From assembly GCA_963783435.1 (NCBI GenBank), contig CAWANQ010000013.1:7426-71425 (forward strand): DNA of 64,000 nucleotides, given 5' to 3'. Positions 21,370-30,931 of this stretch are shown piece by piece (the stretch's first letter is position 1; each line of letters begins with the position of its first letter). The translations under genes and the position numbers were made by a program. Below the pieces are notes generated by a model, which saw nothing but the letters and a program-made list of their open reading frames with translations, was not told the origin of the DNA and did not search any database. This stretch comes from an uncultured Bacteroidota bacterium. GTDB lineage: Bacteria; Bacteroidota; Bacteroidia; Bacteroidales; GCA-2748055.

Positions 21370-23193
21370 TTATTCATTGGGCAACCTGTCCCACCATGTT
21401 CTTTTCATAATGATAAAGCAGACCACGATGATGGCCAGAGAAATACCCATTGGCAATGCTTTTTTAAGTACAATGTAGATGGGGAAGATGACCAGGGCTG
21501 TCTGGGCAATGGTACCCACCACCACATTGAACATGTCTCTCCAGAAATCCTTGTTTCCTTCAAAGGTCGGATCTTCGGCCACCACCTTATCGTGAATGGG
21601 TTTCCAGAATCCCCAGGGTTTCACATTTTTGTAGAAATTCTTCAGAGTTTCCTCATCCGTGGGTGGCTTCAGGTAGGTGCCAACGATGGCAGCCACTGCA
21701 GAAACAACCAGGATGATGGGGAAGTAATAGAGATCGAGGAAGTCGAAGATCCTGCTGCAGATAAGCGCTGAGATGATTCCTACGAACATGCCCCAGAAGA
21801 AACCTGATCCATTGAAGCGCCACCAGTACCATTTAAGAATATTAGATACTACGTAGGCACCCCAGAGGGCAGATACAATCCACTGAAGTACACTGTTTAC
21901 ATCCTGGGCAAAGAAACCGAAGAATACACTGATGGCAACCACAAGGATTCCGGTGAGGTAGTTGGTTCGGCTCACCTGTTTCTGGGAAGCATCCGGTTTT
22001 AAATATTTCAGGTAGATGTCATTTACAATATAAGCCTGGGCGGCATTCAGGGTTCCGGCAAAGGTGGACATAAATGCGGCCAGTAATCCAGCCAGTAGCA
22101 ATCCCATAAAACCTACGGGAACAAATTGACTGATGGCAGAGGGGAGTATCTGTTCAAAATCGATCTTGTTGCCCACAATCAGATCCAGCTTGTCGTAAAA
22201 GAGCAATCCGAGCACTCCAAAACCGGCAATCATAAAGTAACGGGTGGGCATCAGGATCACTGAAACAAATCCCGACATTTTGGCGGCATCTTTGGGCGAC
22301 TTGGTGGAGAGGATTTTCTGCATATCATAGTTGGGGGCCGGACCCGCCATACTCACCAGGACACCCTTAAACAGCATCATGCTGAAAAAGATTCCGAACA
22401 GGGAGTATCCATCGCTGATTATTTTTTCGTTCACCTCATCAATAATGCCTGTCCAGTCCATATCCAGGCGTGCTCCAAAGAAAGGATTCATCCAGCCATC
22501 GGGCACCAGAAGCGGATTGTCACTCAAGGCATTCATGGCAATCACCCCTATAACAATGGCCGAGATGGTCATGATGGTATACTGTATTACATCTGCCCAG
22601 ACGATACTGCTCATCCCTCCCAGGATGGCATAAAACATGGCAAAAAGGGTAAAGACAATGCCATATACATGGGCCACATATTGTGGAGCCACCTCAAAGG
22701 GGACATAGGGAGAAACCACTTCCCAGGGAATAAATATCTCCACAAACTTTCCAAGCCCGATGAATCCATAGGTCAGAAAACCCAGGCAACTGATCAGGGC
22801 AAAAATCACCACGATCCAGTGGGATTGCACACCCCCCCGGCCTGAACCAAATCTGGTTCTTATCCACTCGGCACCAGTAGTGGCATTGGATCTTCGTAAC
22901 CAGATGGAGAGGAATACCATCAGGAAAATCTGGTTGAATACCGGCCATAGCCAGGGGATCCAGATGGATTTTAATCCGTAGACGAATGCCAGGGTAACCA
23001 GCCACATGGTACCCGAAATATCAAACATACCCGACGCGTTGCTCAAGCCCAGCATGTACCAGGGTAATTTGTTCCCACCCAGCATATAGGCTGTCTTGTC
23101 TTTCTGGGCGCGCTTTTTCATTACCAGTCCGATCACAATGGTGGAGGCCAGATAGGCGCAGATGATCAGAATATCGAGAATAGTTAGTTTCAT
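21370..23193 (-). CDS. Sodium:solute symporter (SSS family) transporter
   Basis: 607-aa polytopic membrane ORF. It is the first gene of the symporter-epimerase-GH130 operon, with 9-11 nt gaps between genes. Confidence 0.7.
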   Translation of the reverse strand: MKLTILDILIICAYLASTIVIGLVMKKRAQKDKTAYMLGGNKLPWYMLGLSNASGMFDISGTMWLVTLAFVYGLKSIWIPWLWPVFNQIFLMVFLSIWLRRSNATTGAEWIRTRFGSGRGGVQSHWIVVIFALISCLGFLTYGFIGLGKFVEIFIPWEVVSPYVPFEVAPQYVAHVYGIVFTLFAMFYAILGGMSSIVWADVIQYTIMTISAIVIGVIAMNALSDNPLLVPDGWMNPFFGARLDMDWTGIIDEVNEKIISDGYSLFGIFFSMMLFKGVLVSMAGPAPNYDMQKILSTKSPKDAAKMSGFVSVILMPTRYFMIAGFGVLGLLFYDKLDLIVGNKIDFEQILPSAISQFVPVGFMGLLLAGLLAAFMSTFAGTLNAAQAYIVNDIYLKYLKPDASQKQVSRTNYLTGILVVAISVFFGFFAQDVNSVLQWIVSALWGAYVVSNILKWYWWRFNGSGFFWGMFVGIISALICSRIFDFLDLYYFPIILVVSAVAAIVGTYLKPPTDEETLKNFYKNVKPWGFWKPIHDKVVAEDPTFEGNKDFWRDMFNVVVGTIAQTALVIFPIYIVLKKALPMGISLAIIVVCFIIMKRTWWDRLPNE

Positions 23194-23200
23194 AGAAGAA

Positions 23201-23303
23201 AGTTAGTAGGGTAGTGGTTAATAGTTAGTAGGGTATTGGTTAGGGGTTAGTGAAAAGTGGTTTAGGGTTTAGGGTTTAGGGGTTAGGGGTTAGTATGGTA
23301 GTG
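23201..23303. repeat. G/T-rich tandem repeat tract containing (TTTAGGG)3(GTTAGGG)2 and two 22-bp direct repeats
   Basis: Read directly from the sequence. AGTTAGTAGGGTAGTGGTTAAT (23201-23222) is followed by AGTTAGTAGGGTATTGGTTAGG (23223-23244). Then comes tttagggtttagggtttaggggttaggggttag. There is no C on the + strand from 23194 to 23303. Confidence 0.9.
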
Positions 23304-23488
23304 CAACGGATTGCATTTTTTTAGTTGTTTGTTTGTTGAAAGGGTAAAAATATTAAAATATATGCCGCTTACAAATTATAGTTGAGTTATAAATGCAGAC
23401 AGATCAAGGCACCTGATGAACCGATATTTTGATTATCCCTGCGTTTCTTCTAAATTGCATTTTCCTTATAAGTAAAGCTAATTCTTTC

Positions 23489-24847
23489 ATGGCCGTTCTA
23501 AAGAGCGTCAATCCATATGATCCTTCGAGGATTGTGAACTATCCACAGGTGACTGATATGAATCTGGTGGTTTTGCTTGGACGGGCCAATACTGCGTTTC
23601 AGAGCTATAAGAATTCCTCCTTTGCCGAACGTGCCAGCCGCATGAACAAAGTGGCCTCAATTCTTCTGGATCGAAAGCGTGAGTTTGCCGAACTTATCAC
23701 CAGGGAGATGGGGAAACCCATTAAAGAATCAGAGGCTGAGGTGAAAAAGTGTGCCTGGGTATGCGAATTCTATGCCTCCCGGGCTGAATCTATCCTCGCC
23801 GACCACTGTATTGAGACTGAAGCGGAAGAGAGCAAAGTGATCTACCAGCCCCTTGGACCTATACTGGCTGTTATGCCCTGGAACTATCCTTTCTGGCAGG
23901 TTTTCAGATTTGCTGCACCCACATTGATGGCTGGAAATACAGCACTTTTGAAGCATGCCTCGAATGTGCAGGGTTGTGGCAAGGCCATTGAGGAAATTTT
24001 CATTGAGGCGGGTTACGAAGAGGGTGCCTTTCAGAACCTGGCCATTGGATCGGACCGGGTGGCCGGAGTAATTGCCAGTGAGTATGTAAAGGCTGTTACC
24101 CTTACCGGCAGTGAGGCTGCAGGAGTGGCAGTGGCTTCAGAGGCCGGCCGGCATCTTAAAAAATGCGTACTGGAACTGGGTGGGAACAATGCCTTTGTGG
24201 TTTTGAATGATGCCAACCAGGAGCTGGCACTGAATATAGCTTTGCCCGCAAGGCTGCAGAACGGAGGTCAGAGTTGTATCGCGGCCAAGAGATTTATTAT
24301 TGAGTCATGGATCGCAGAGGATTTTGTACCTGAGCTGGTAAAACGTGTCGGACAACTGGAAGTGGGAGATCCCATGAAAGCTGAGACCCAGGTGGGTCCG
24401 CTTTCATCGGTAACACAGGCCCTGGAGGTTGAAAAGCAGGTCAAAGATTCAGTGGAGAAAGGAGCCAGGTTAGTCACAGGGGGACAGAGGGATGGAGCTT
24501 TCTACCTGCCTGCTGTGGTGACGGGAGTTAAACCCGGTATGCCCCTTTTTGATGAGGAGGTATTTGGACCTGTATTTGCCATTGTGGAAGCCGATACGGC
24601 CGGGCATGCACTTGAGCTGTCAAACCGGTCAAAGTATGGATTGGGAATGCAGCTTTTCACCCAATCAGAGCATATGGCCAAACGATTCATTGAGGAGGCT
24701 GAGGAGGGTGCTGTATTTATTAATGGGATGGTTAAATCAGATCCCAGATTGCCTTTTGGGGGAATCAAGAGATCGGGTTTTGGCCGAGAGTTGTCGGAGC
24801 AAGGAATTAAAGAATTTGTCAATATAAAAACCGTGTGGATAGAATAA
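23489..24847 (+). CDS. NAD(P)-dependent aldehyde dehydrogenase (succinate-semialdehyde dehydrogenase-like)
   Basis: ALDH motifs VLELGGNNAFVV and GQSCIAAKRF are present. I chose the start at MAVLKSVNPYD. Confidence 0.75.
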   Translation: MAVLKSVNPYDPSRIVNYPQVTDMNLVVLLGRANTAFQSYKNSSFAERASRMNKVASILLDRKREFAELITREMGKPIKESEAEVKKCAWVCEFYASRAESILADHCIETEAEESKVIYQPLGPILAVMPWNYPFWQVFRFAAPTLMAGNTALLKHASNVQGCGKAIEEIFIEAGYEEGAFQNLAIGSDRVAGVIASEYVKAVTLTGSEAAGVAVASEAGRHLKKCVLELGGNNAFVVLNDANQELALNIALPARLQNGGQSCIAAKRFIIESWIAEDFVPELVKRVGQLEVGDPMKAETQVGPLSSVTQALEVEKQVKDSVEKGARLVTGGQRDGAFYLPAVVTGVKPGMPLFDEEVFGPVFAIVEADTAGHALELSNRSKYGLGMQLFTQSEHMAKRFIEEAEEGAVFINGMVKSDPRLPFGGIKRSGFGRELSEQGIKEFVNIKTVWIE

Positions 24848-24858
24848 ATAAAACCCTA

Positions 24859-27472
24859 ATGATGAGAAAATTAATGACAACTGCAATCCTGGTGCTTACT
24901 GTTGCAGGATTGATGGCACAGAGTACCTCTTTTACCTTACCCTCCGATTTCTTTGGATTTGAACCGGGGTCAGACCGAAACCTCTTCACTTACGAGCAGT
25001 TGATTGAATATCTGGAAAAAATAGATGCTGAATCGGAGAGGATCAAGCTGGAGGAGATAGGGACTTCACCCATGGGCAAACCCATGTACATCGCATTTAT
25101 CTCCAGTGAAGAGAATATTCAGAACCTGGAGGCCATGAAGGAAGTGAATCGCCAACTGGCGCTGAATCCCGATATCGAAGAGGAAAAACTGGAGGAGATG
25201 GTCACAGGATGGTAAGGTGTTTGTGCTGGCCACCCTTTCCATGCACGCTTCCGAAGTGGCTCCTTCGCAATCAGCATCACTGATTGCCTACGATTTTGCG
25301 ACTACCCAGGACGAGAAAAAATTGGAATGGCTTAACAATGTGGTTTATATGATGGTTCCCAGTCACAATCCCGATGGGATGGATCTGATTGTTGAGAATT
25401 ACAAGAAGCATGTGGGAACCAAGTACGAAGGGGCCTCACTTCCTCAGGTTTACCACAAGTACGTGGGTCACGACAACAACCGCGACTTTGTGATCCTGAC
25501 ACAGGATGATAACAAGGCCATCGCCAGGATTTACAACCAGACCTGGTTTCCACAGGTCTTTGTGGAGAAACACCAGATGGGGTCCACAGGAACCCGTTAT
25601 TTTGTACCGCCCAACCACGATCCCATTGCAGAAAATGTACCCGCCGGGGTATTTCACTGGGGAGGTGTATTTGGTCAGCATATGGCCACCGATATGACTG
25701 CAGAAGGTCTGGCAGGGGTATCACAACACTATATTTTTGACGACTACTGGCCAGGCTCAACAGAAACCTGTATCTGGAAAAATGTGATTGGATTCCTCAC
25801 TGAGGCAGCCAGTGTGCAAACAGCCACTCCCATTTACATAGAGCCCTCCGAATTAAGGGTGGGAGGAAAAGGGCTGTCCGAATATAAAAAGAGTATTAAT
25901 ATGCTATTGCCCTGGGAAGGGGGATGGTGGCGCCTGGGCGATATCGTAGAATATGAAATTGCCTCCACCATGTCGATCATGAAAACAGCTTCCTTGTACA
26001 GGGAAGATATCCTGGATTTCAGGAACAGAATGTGCCGTGAGCAGGTAGAGATGGGCAAAACCGAAGCTCCCTATTACTACATCATGCCTGAAGAGCAACA
26101 TGATCAGGGTGAACTGGTGAACCTGGTGAACCTGATGAAGGAACATGGGGTTGAGGTTTACAAGTTGAATGATCAAATGGTGTTGGATGGAAAAGTCTAT
26201 AAAGAAGGCGATGTGGTGATTCCACTGGCCCAGCCATACAGGGCTTTTATCAAGGAGGTTATGGAAACTCAGGAGTTCCCAGTCAGGCACTATACTCCGG
26301 GTGGTGAGTTAATCAAACCCTACGATATTACCAGTTGGTCACTTCCTTTGCACAGGTACGTGAGCTCCGATGAAATTGATGTCAGAAGTAAAGAGCTTGA
26401 GGGGAATCTTAGCCTTATTGAGGGCACCTACAAGCTGTCAAAATCCATTGAGGGGGAGGTCCGGGCGGTGATTCTTCCAGTGAATGCAAACGAGTCATTT
26501 CGTGTTGCATTTACAGCCTTGTCCAAAGGCTTGAAAGTGGAGCGCCTGGAAAAGGATGTCAAAGTAGGGGAAAAGACCTACAGAACAGGAAGTTTCCTGG
26601 TTTTTGCAGAAAAAAAAGGGGGGGGGCTGGGTGAGATTTTGGAAGCACTACCCATTCAACCCGGAGTAATTTCTGAAGAGATTGAAGTCCAGACTACAGC
26701 CCTGGATATGCCTCGCATCGCACTTGTGGAGACCTATTTTCATGACATGGATGCGGGTTGGACACGTTATGTATTCGACACCTACCAGATTCCGTTCACT
26801 GTTCTGCATCCCGATCAGTTTCCTAAAACCGACCTGGCCAAAGAGTTTGATGTGATTATTTTTCCCGACAACGACAAATCGATCCTGATGACCGGCAAGA
26901 GGAAGTCGGGCGACTCCTACTATATGGGAAGTTATCATCCCGATTATGTGAAGGGAATGGACAAGAAAGGATTTGAGAATCTGATGACCTTTAGTGATCA
27001 GGGAGGCACCGTAATCGCCTGGGGTCGTTCGGCCAATCTGTTTGAGGGCCTGCTTAAGATCAAGCATGGAGAAGAGGAGGAGGAGTTTCAACTGCCCTTC
27101 AGGGATCTCTCTCCAGGTCTTGTGAAAGGTGGGCTCTATGTACCTGGCAGCCTTGTAAAAGTGGATGTACTTCAGGGACACCCTTTGACCCTTGGGATGC
27201 CAGAAAGCATAGGGGTGTTTTCGAGGGGCAGACCCATATTCCAGACTTCGGTTCCCATGTTTGATATGGACCGCAGGGTGATAGGCAGCTATCCCGAAAA
27301 GGAGATTCTTATGTCGGGTTATGCCTCCGGAGAAGAGAAGATGGGTCAAAAGGCAGCCATGATCTGGATGCGGAAGGGCGAAGGACAGTTTGTATTCTAT
27401 GGATTCAATCCACAGTTCAGGGCTTCCACCCAGACCTCATTTAAGCTCTTATTTAATGCCATCCTTCTGTAA
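24859..27472 (+). pseudogene. Large M14-family metallocarboxypeptidase-like protein, one frameshift near 25207
   Basis: The signal-peptide piece (MMRKLMTTAILVLTVAGLMAQS..., ORF 24835..25215) continues in ORF 25217..27472 (KVFVLATLSMHASE, SHNPDGM). The frame changes at about 25207-25208. An A8G9 tract at 26610-26626 is in frame. Confidence 0.65.
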
Positions 27473-29356
27473 GAGCTGGATCTCTTCCCTTCGGGAACTT
27501 ACGTCCCAGGAGCAGTCCAGATTGTAACCTGAATCCTCTTTTTCAGCGAGAAAAAGTTCTTCGAGCTCGCTGGCATATTTCTTGGACTCGGAAAGGTATT
27601 TTTTTTCGTCTACCAGGTGGTGTTGAAAAAGCTCCTGTCTCACTTTGCGGTCGTGTTGCCGGAAGGTCTGGGCCAGACGGTGTGCCTGGTAATGATTGTA
27701 GCCGAGATGGGTGAGGGCTTCTACTCCCAGGTTCAGGGATGACTCAAATGTATCCCTTTTGAAACCATCTACCTCCCGTTTCATCAGTTCGTAAGTGTGA
27801 TCCATATCTGTGGCACGTACCAGAACCTTTAGATGGGGGTATTTTCGTTTGGCCAGGTCTATGATCTTCAGCGATTGCTGTTTATCGTCCACTGCCACCA
27901 CCAGTACTTTTGCCTCTTTTGCTCCGGCAGAAGCAAGCAAATCCTCCCTGGATGCATCTCCATAATAGACTGTGAAGCCAAATTTTCTCAATACCGTGAT
28001 GTTATCCGGATTGTTGTCCAGGATGGTCGCTTTCAGACCATTGGCAATCAGGAACCGGCCCATCACCACTCCAAATCTCCCAAATCCGGCTATTATTACC
28101 TGGTTCCCATTCTCCTCGATCTGATCATGTTCCTGCTGGTTTTCTGAGCGGAATACCAGGGGAAAGATCACTTTGTCGTTTAACAAAAGAAGCAAGGGAG
28201 TGAGGGCCATGGATAGGGCCACTACCAGGAAGAGGATTCCGGAGGTTTCCGAATTTATGACAGAATTCTCCATGGAAAAAGAGACCAGGACAAATGCAAA
28301 CTCCCCTCCCTGTGCCAGGGAGAAAGCAAATAGGGTATTCTGACCTCCCCTGAGACCGAAAAATCTTCCAAGAATAAACAGGATGATGAATTTGATGGCA
28401 ATCAATGCAGCCAGCAAGGCTAAAATCATGCCGGGCGAAGCTACTAAGAGCTTAAAATCAATACTGGCCCCAACAGAAATAAAGAAGAGCCCAAGCAGAA
28501 GCCCCTTGAAGGGTTCAATGTCGGCCTCCAGTTCATGCCGGTATTCATTGTTAGCCAGAACCACACCGGCCAGGAAGGCTCCCAATGCCGGGGAGAGACC
28601 TACCAGGTCCATGATAATGGAAATAGCAATGACCAGCAAAAGGGCAGTGGCCGTAAAAATTTCTCTTAGACCAGTTCTGGCTATGATCCTGAAAATATAC
28701 CTGGCAAAATAGCGGCCCACTACCACAATTCCTGTAATTACTAAAAGCATCAAAATCACCTGAACCCAGCCGGTAATCTCAATCCCGGCAATATATCTGA
28801 TTTCTTCGTGTGCTGTAGACGCAGATTTTACGGCACTCCCTGCCAGCAGAGGGATCAGGGCAAGAATGGGAACTACAGAGATATCCTGAAAAAGGAGAAC
28901 AGAGAAAGAGGCCTGTCCCGAGGCCTGTTTCATCAATCCTTTTTCAGCCAGTGTCTGAAGAACGATGGCTGTGGAAGAGAGTCCCAGCATCAGTCCGATG
29001 GCCATACCGGCTCCGATGGATTGCCCCAGTAGTATGGCCAATCCTCCGATGGCCCCGGCGGTCAGGATCAGCTGCAAGCCTCCCAGTCCAAAAATAGATC
29101 TCCGCATTTCCCAGAGCAGATTGGGTTTTAATTCCAGCCCGATAAGTAAAAGCATCATTACCACGCCAAACTCGGCAAAGTGCATGACATCCTCTCCTTC
29201 GGTGCCAATTAGACCCAGTGCAAAGGGCCCGATGACCATTCCTGCGAGCAGATAACCCAGTACAGACCCAAATCCCAGTCGTTTGGCAATGGGTACCGAA
29301 ATTACTGCTGCAAGCAGGTAGATCAGAGCCTGGTAAAAGAAGTCTTGTTGATGCAT
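27449..29356 (-). CDS. kefC: Glutathione-regulated K+ efflux antiporter (CPA2 family, KefB/KefC type) with a TrkA-N domain
   Basis: 635 aa. The N-terminus ALIYLLAAVISVPIAKRLGFGSVLGYLLAGMVIGPF is present. The Rossmann motif is IIAGFGRFG. A KefF/G-like flavoprotein gene lies immediately upstream. Confidence 0.8.
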   Translation of the reverse strand: MHQQDFFYQALIYLLAAVISVPIAKRLGFGSVLGYLLAGMVIGPFALGLIGTEGEDVMHFAEFGVVMMLLLIGLELKPNLLWEMRRSIFGLGGLQLILTAGAIGGLAILLGQSIGAGMAIGLMLGLSSTAIVLQTLAEKGLMKQASGQASFSVLLFQDISVVPILALIPLLAGSAVKSASTAHEEIRYIAGIEITGWVQVILMLLVITGIVVVGRYFARYIFRIIARTGLREIFTATALLLVIAISIIMDLVGLSPALGAFLAGVVLANNEYRHELEADIEPFKGLLLGLFFISVGASIDFKLLVASPGMILALLAALIAIKFIILFILGRFFGLRGGQNTLFAFSLAQGGEFAFVLVSFSMENSVINSETSGILFLVVALSMALTPLLLLLNDKVIFPLVFRSENQQEHDQIEENGNQVIIAGFGRFGVVMGRFLIANGLKATILDNNPDNITVLRKFGFTVYYGDASREDLLASAGAKEAKVLVVAVDDKQQSLKIIDLAKRKYPHLKVLVRATDMDHTYELMKREVDGFKRDTFESSLNLGVEALTHLGYNHYQAHRLAQTFRQHDRKVRQELFQHHLVDEKKYLSESKKYASELEELFLAEKEDSGYNLDCSWDVSSRREEIQLLQKDGIK

Positions 29357-29368
29357 AATCTCACGTAA

Positions 29369-29965
29369 TTAAGCAATTAGTTCATTGATATATTCTCTTT
29401 TCAAAATCTCATCCTTGTTGAATAAGCCCTCTTGCAAGGCCTGCAATATGGTTCGGAACTCCGATCCGGCTTTAAGTATATCCACCTTCTCAAGCAGATG
29501 GGTGCCATGCACCACGAAGGGTGGGAGATATTCCATGCGACACAGATGAACCGTTTGTTCAAAAGGTGCCAGCAACTGGCGTATAGAATACCTGTCATTA
29601 TCAGCCGCCACATATGCCTCTTTTCTGCCTCCTGTGGTGATGGCAGTCATGATCTGCTTTCCCTCCAGGGCACGCCCGGTACTTCCGTAGGCAAATCCGT
29701 GCTCAAGCACCAGGTCGATCCATTCTTTCAGTAAAGAGGGTGAACTGTACCAGTAAAAAGGATGTTGCCAGACAATAATGTCGTGTTCAAGCAAAAGCTT
29801 TTGTTCTGCTTTCACATCGATATGAAAGTCGGGATACTGATCATACATGTGCTGTATGGTAATGCCTTCCATATCCTTAACTGACTGAAGCAGGACGCTG
29901 TTTACCCTGGATTTATGAGAGAGCGGATGAAAGAATAGTATGGCAATTTTCTTTTTTGGAACCAT
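29369..29965 (-). CDS. kefG: KefF/KefG-type NAD(P)H quinone oxidoreductase (ancillary subunit of the K+ efflux system)
   Basis: 198-aa flavodoxin-like-fold ORF (KIAILFFHPLSHKSRVN, WQHPFYWYSSPSLLKEWID). It ends 12 nt upstream of kefC. Confidence 0.75.
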   Translation of the reverse strand: MVPKKKIAILFFHPLSHKSRVNSVLLQSVKDMEGITIQHMYDQYPDFHIDVKAEQKLLLEHDIIVWQHPFYWYSSPSLLKEWIDLVLEHGFAYGSTGRALEGKQIMTAITTGGRKEAYVAADNDRYSIRQLLAPFEQTVHLCRMEYLPPFVVHGTHLLEKVDILKAGSEFRTILQALQEGLFNKDEILKREYINELIA

Positions 29966-30058
29966 TGGTTTACTTGCTTGTTATCTATTACTAACAACTG
30001 AACTGGAAAAAGGATCGGTTCATTTATTAGATTACTTTTGTTTGATAAAAATACAAAT

Positions 30059-30931
30059 ATGATGATAAAAAGAATATCGCTTTTGTTTCTGGCAGCTTTG
30101 GTCACTCTTTCGGCCTGGGCTCAGAAACCAGCTTATCAACTCTACAGGGAGAATGGTAAAAAAGTGAAGTATGAAAAGATGGTTCAAGCCTCCGCAGAGG
30201 CAGATATTGTATTGTTTGGTGAGCACCATACCAATCCAATTTCTCACTGGCTGCAGATAGAACTCACCGAAGCTTTGTATGAAGCAAGGGGAGAAGATCT
30301 TTTACTTGGAGCGGAAATGTTTGAAGCCGACAACCAGCTTATCCTGGATGAATACCTTACTGACCTGATCACCGAGGTGAAATTTGAAGAGGAGGCCCGT
30401 TTGTGGAAAAACTACAAGACTGATTACAAACCCCTGGTTCTTTTTGCCAAGGAAAATGAACTGGCATTTATTGCCACCAACATACCCAGGCGTTATGCCA
30501 ACTCGGTATTTAAACAGGGCGTGGCCATCCTGGATTCTCTCAGCGAAGAGGCAAAAGCCTTCATAGCTCCATTGCCACTGGAGTATGACACCTCCCTCAA
30601 CTGTTATAACCAGTTGATTCATGGTGCAGGGATGGGGGGACACGGAAGTATCAATATGGCCGATGCCCAGGCCATAAAAGACGCTACCATGACCCACTTT
30701 ATGTTGCAAAACTGGTCCTCAGGTAAACTCTTTATTCATTACAACGGGGCCTACCATTCTGATGAATTTGAGAGCATGAACTGGTTCCTGAAGAGGGCCA
30801 ATCCTGACTTGAAAATTGTGACCATCTCAACCGTTACCCAGGATGATGTGACGGAACTGGAAGAGGAATCCCAGGGGAAAGCCGATTTCATCATCTGCGT
30901 ACCCAACTCCATGACCAATACCATGCGTTAA
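30059..30931 (+). CDS. ChaN-family (haem-binding/Tiki-like, COG3016) lipoprotein
   Basis: Signal peptide followed by the ADIVLFGEHHTNPISHWLQ motif characteristic of the ChaN/Cofac_haem_bdg family. Confidence 0.6.
   Translation: MMIKRISLLFLAALVTLSAWAQKPAYQLYRENGKKVKYEKMVQASAEADIVLFGEHHTNPISHWLQIELTEALYEARGEDLLLGAEMFEADNQLILDEYLTDLITEVKFEEEARLWKNYKTDYKPLVLFAKENELAFIATNIPRRYANSVFKQGVAILDSLSEEAKAFIAPLPLEYDTSLNCYNQLIHGAGMGGHGSINMADAQAIKDATMTHFMLQNWSSGKLFIHYNGAYHSDEFESMNWFLKRANPDLKIVTISTVTQDDVTELEEESQGKADFIICVPNSMTNTMR

Noticed and set aside
23201-23303. Eukaryotic telomere contamination or a chimeric join, suggested by the TTTAGGG/TTAGGG repeats
   Set aside because: Only about 5 units are present. 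They are embedded between two bacterial genes with normal spacing and flanked by other degenerate G/T repeats. There is no change in composition or gene style across the tract.
23301-23322. Weak hairpin TGCAA-cgga-TTGCA followed by T7, resembling an intrinsic terminator on the + strand
   Set aside because: The stem is only 5 bp and AT-rich. No upstream + strand gene exists for it to terminate. It is more likely part of the AT-rich promoter region.
26648-27349. 233-aa minus-strand ORF inside the M14 peptidase gene. Similar long antisense ORFs occur at 6062-6640, 11028-11576, 13880-14527, 21217-21771, 31046-31645, 40565-41128 and 41192-41722.
   Set aside because: All are embedded antisense to ORFs with clear family motifs. 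They have no recognisable domains and their composition is typical of antisense frames.
27449-27472. Convergent 3' overlaps of coding regions: M14/kefC 24 nt, CE4/asnA 34 nt, DUF1761/GH78 4 nt, steroid-reductase/purL 8 nt
   Set aside because: Short convergent overlaps are common in compact genomes. The CE4/asnA case may simply reflect the frameshifted CE4 tail. There is no additional signal suggesting regulated antisense interaction.
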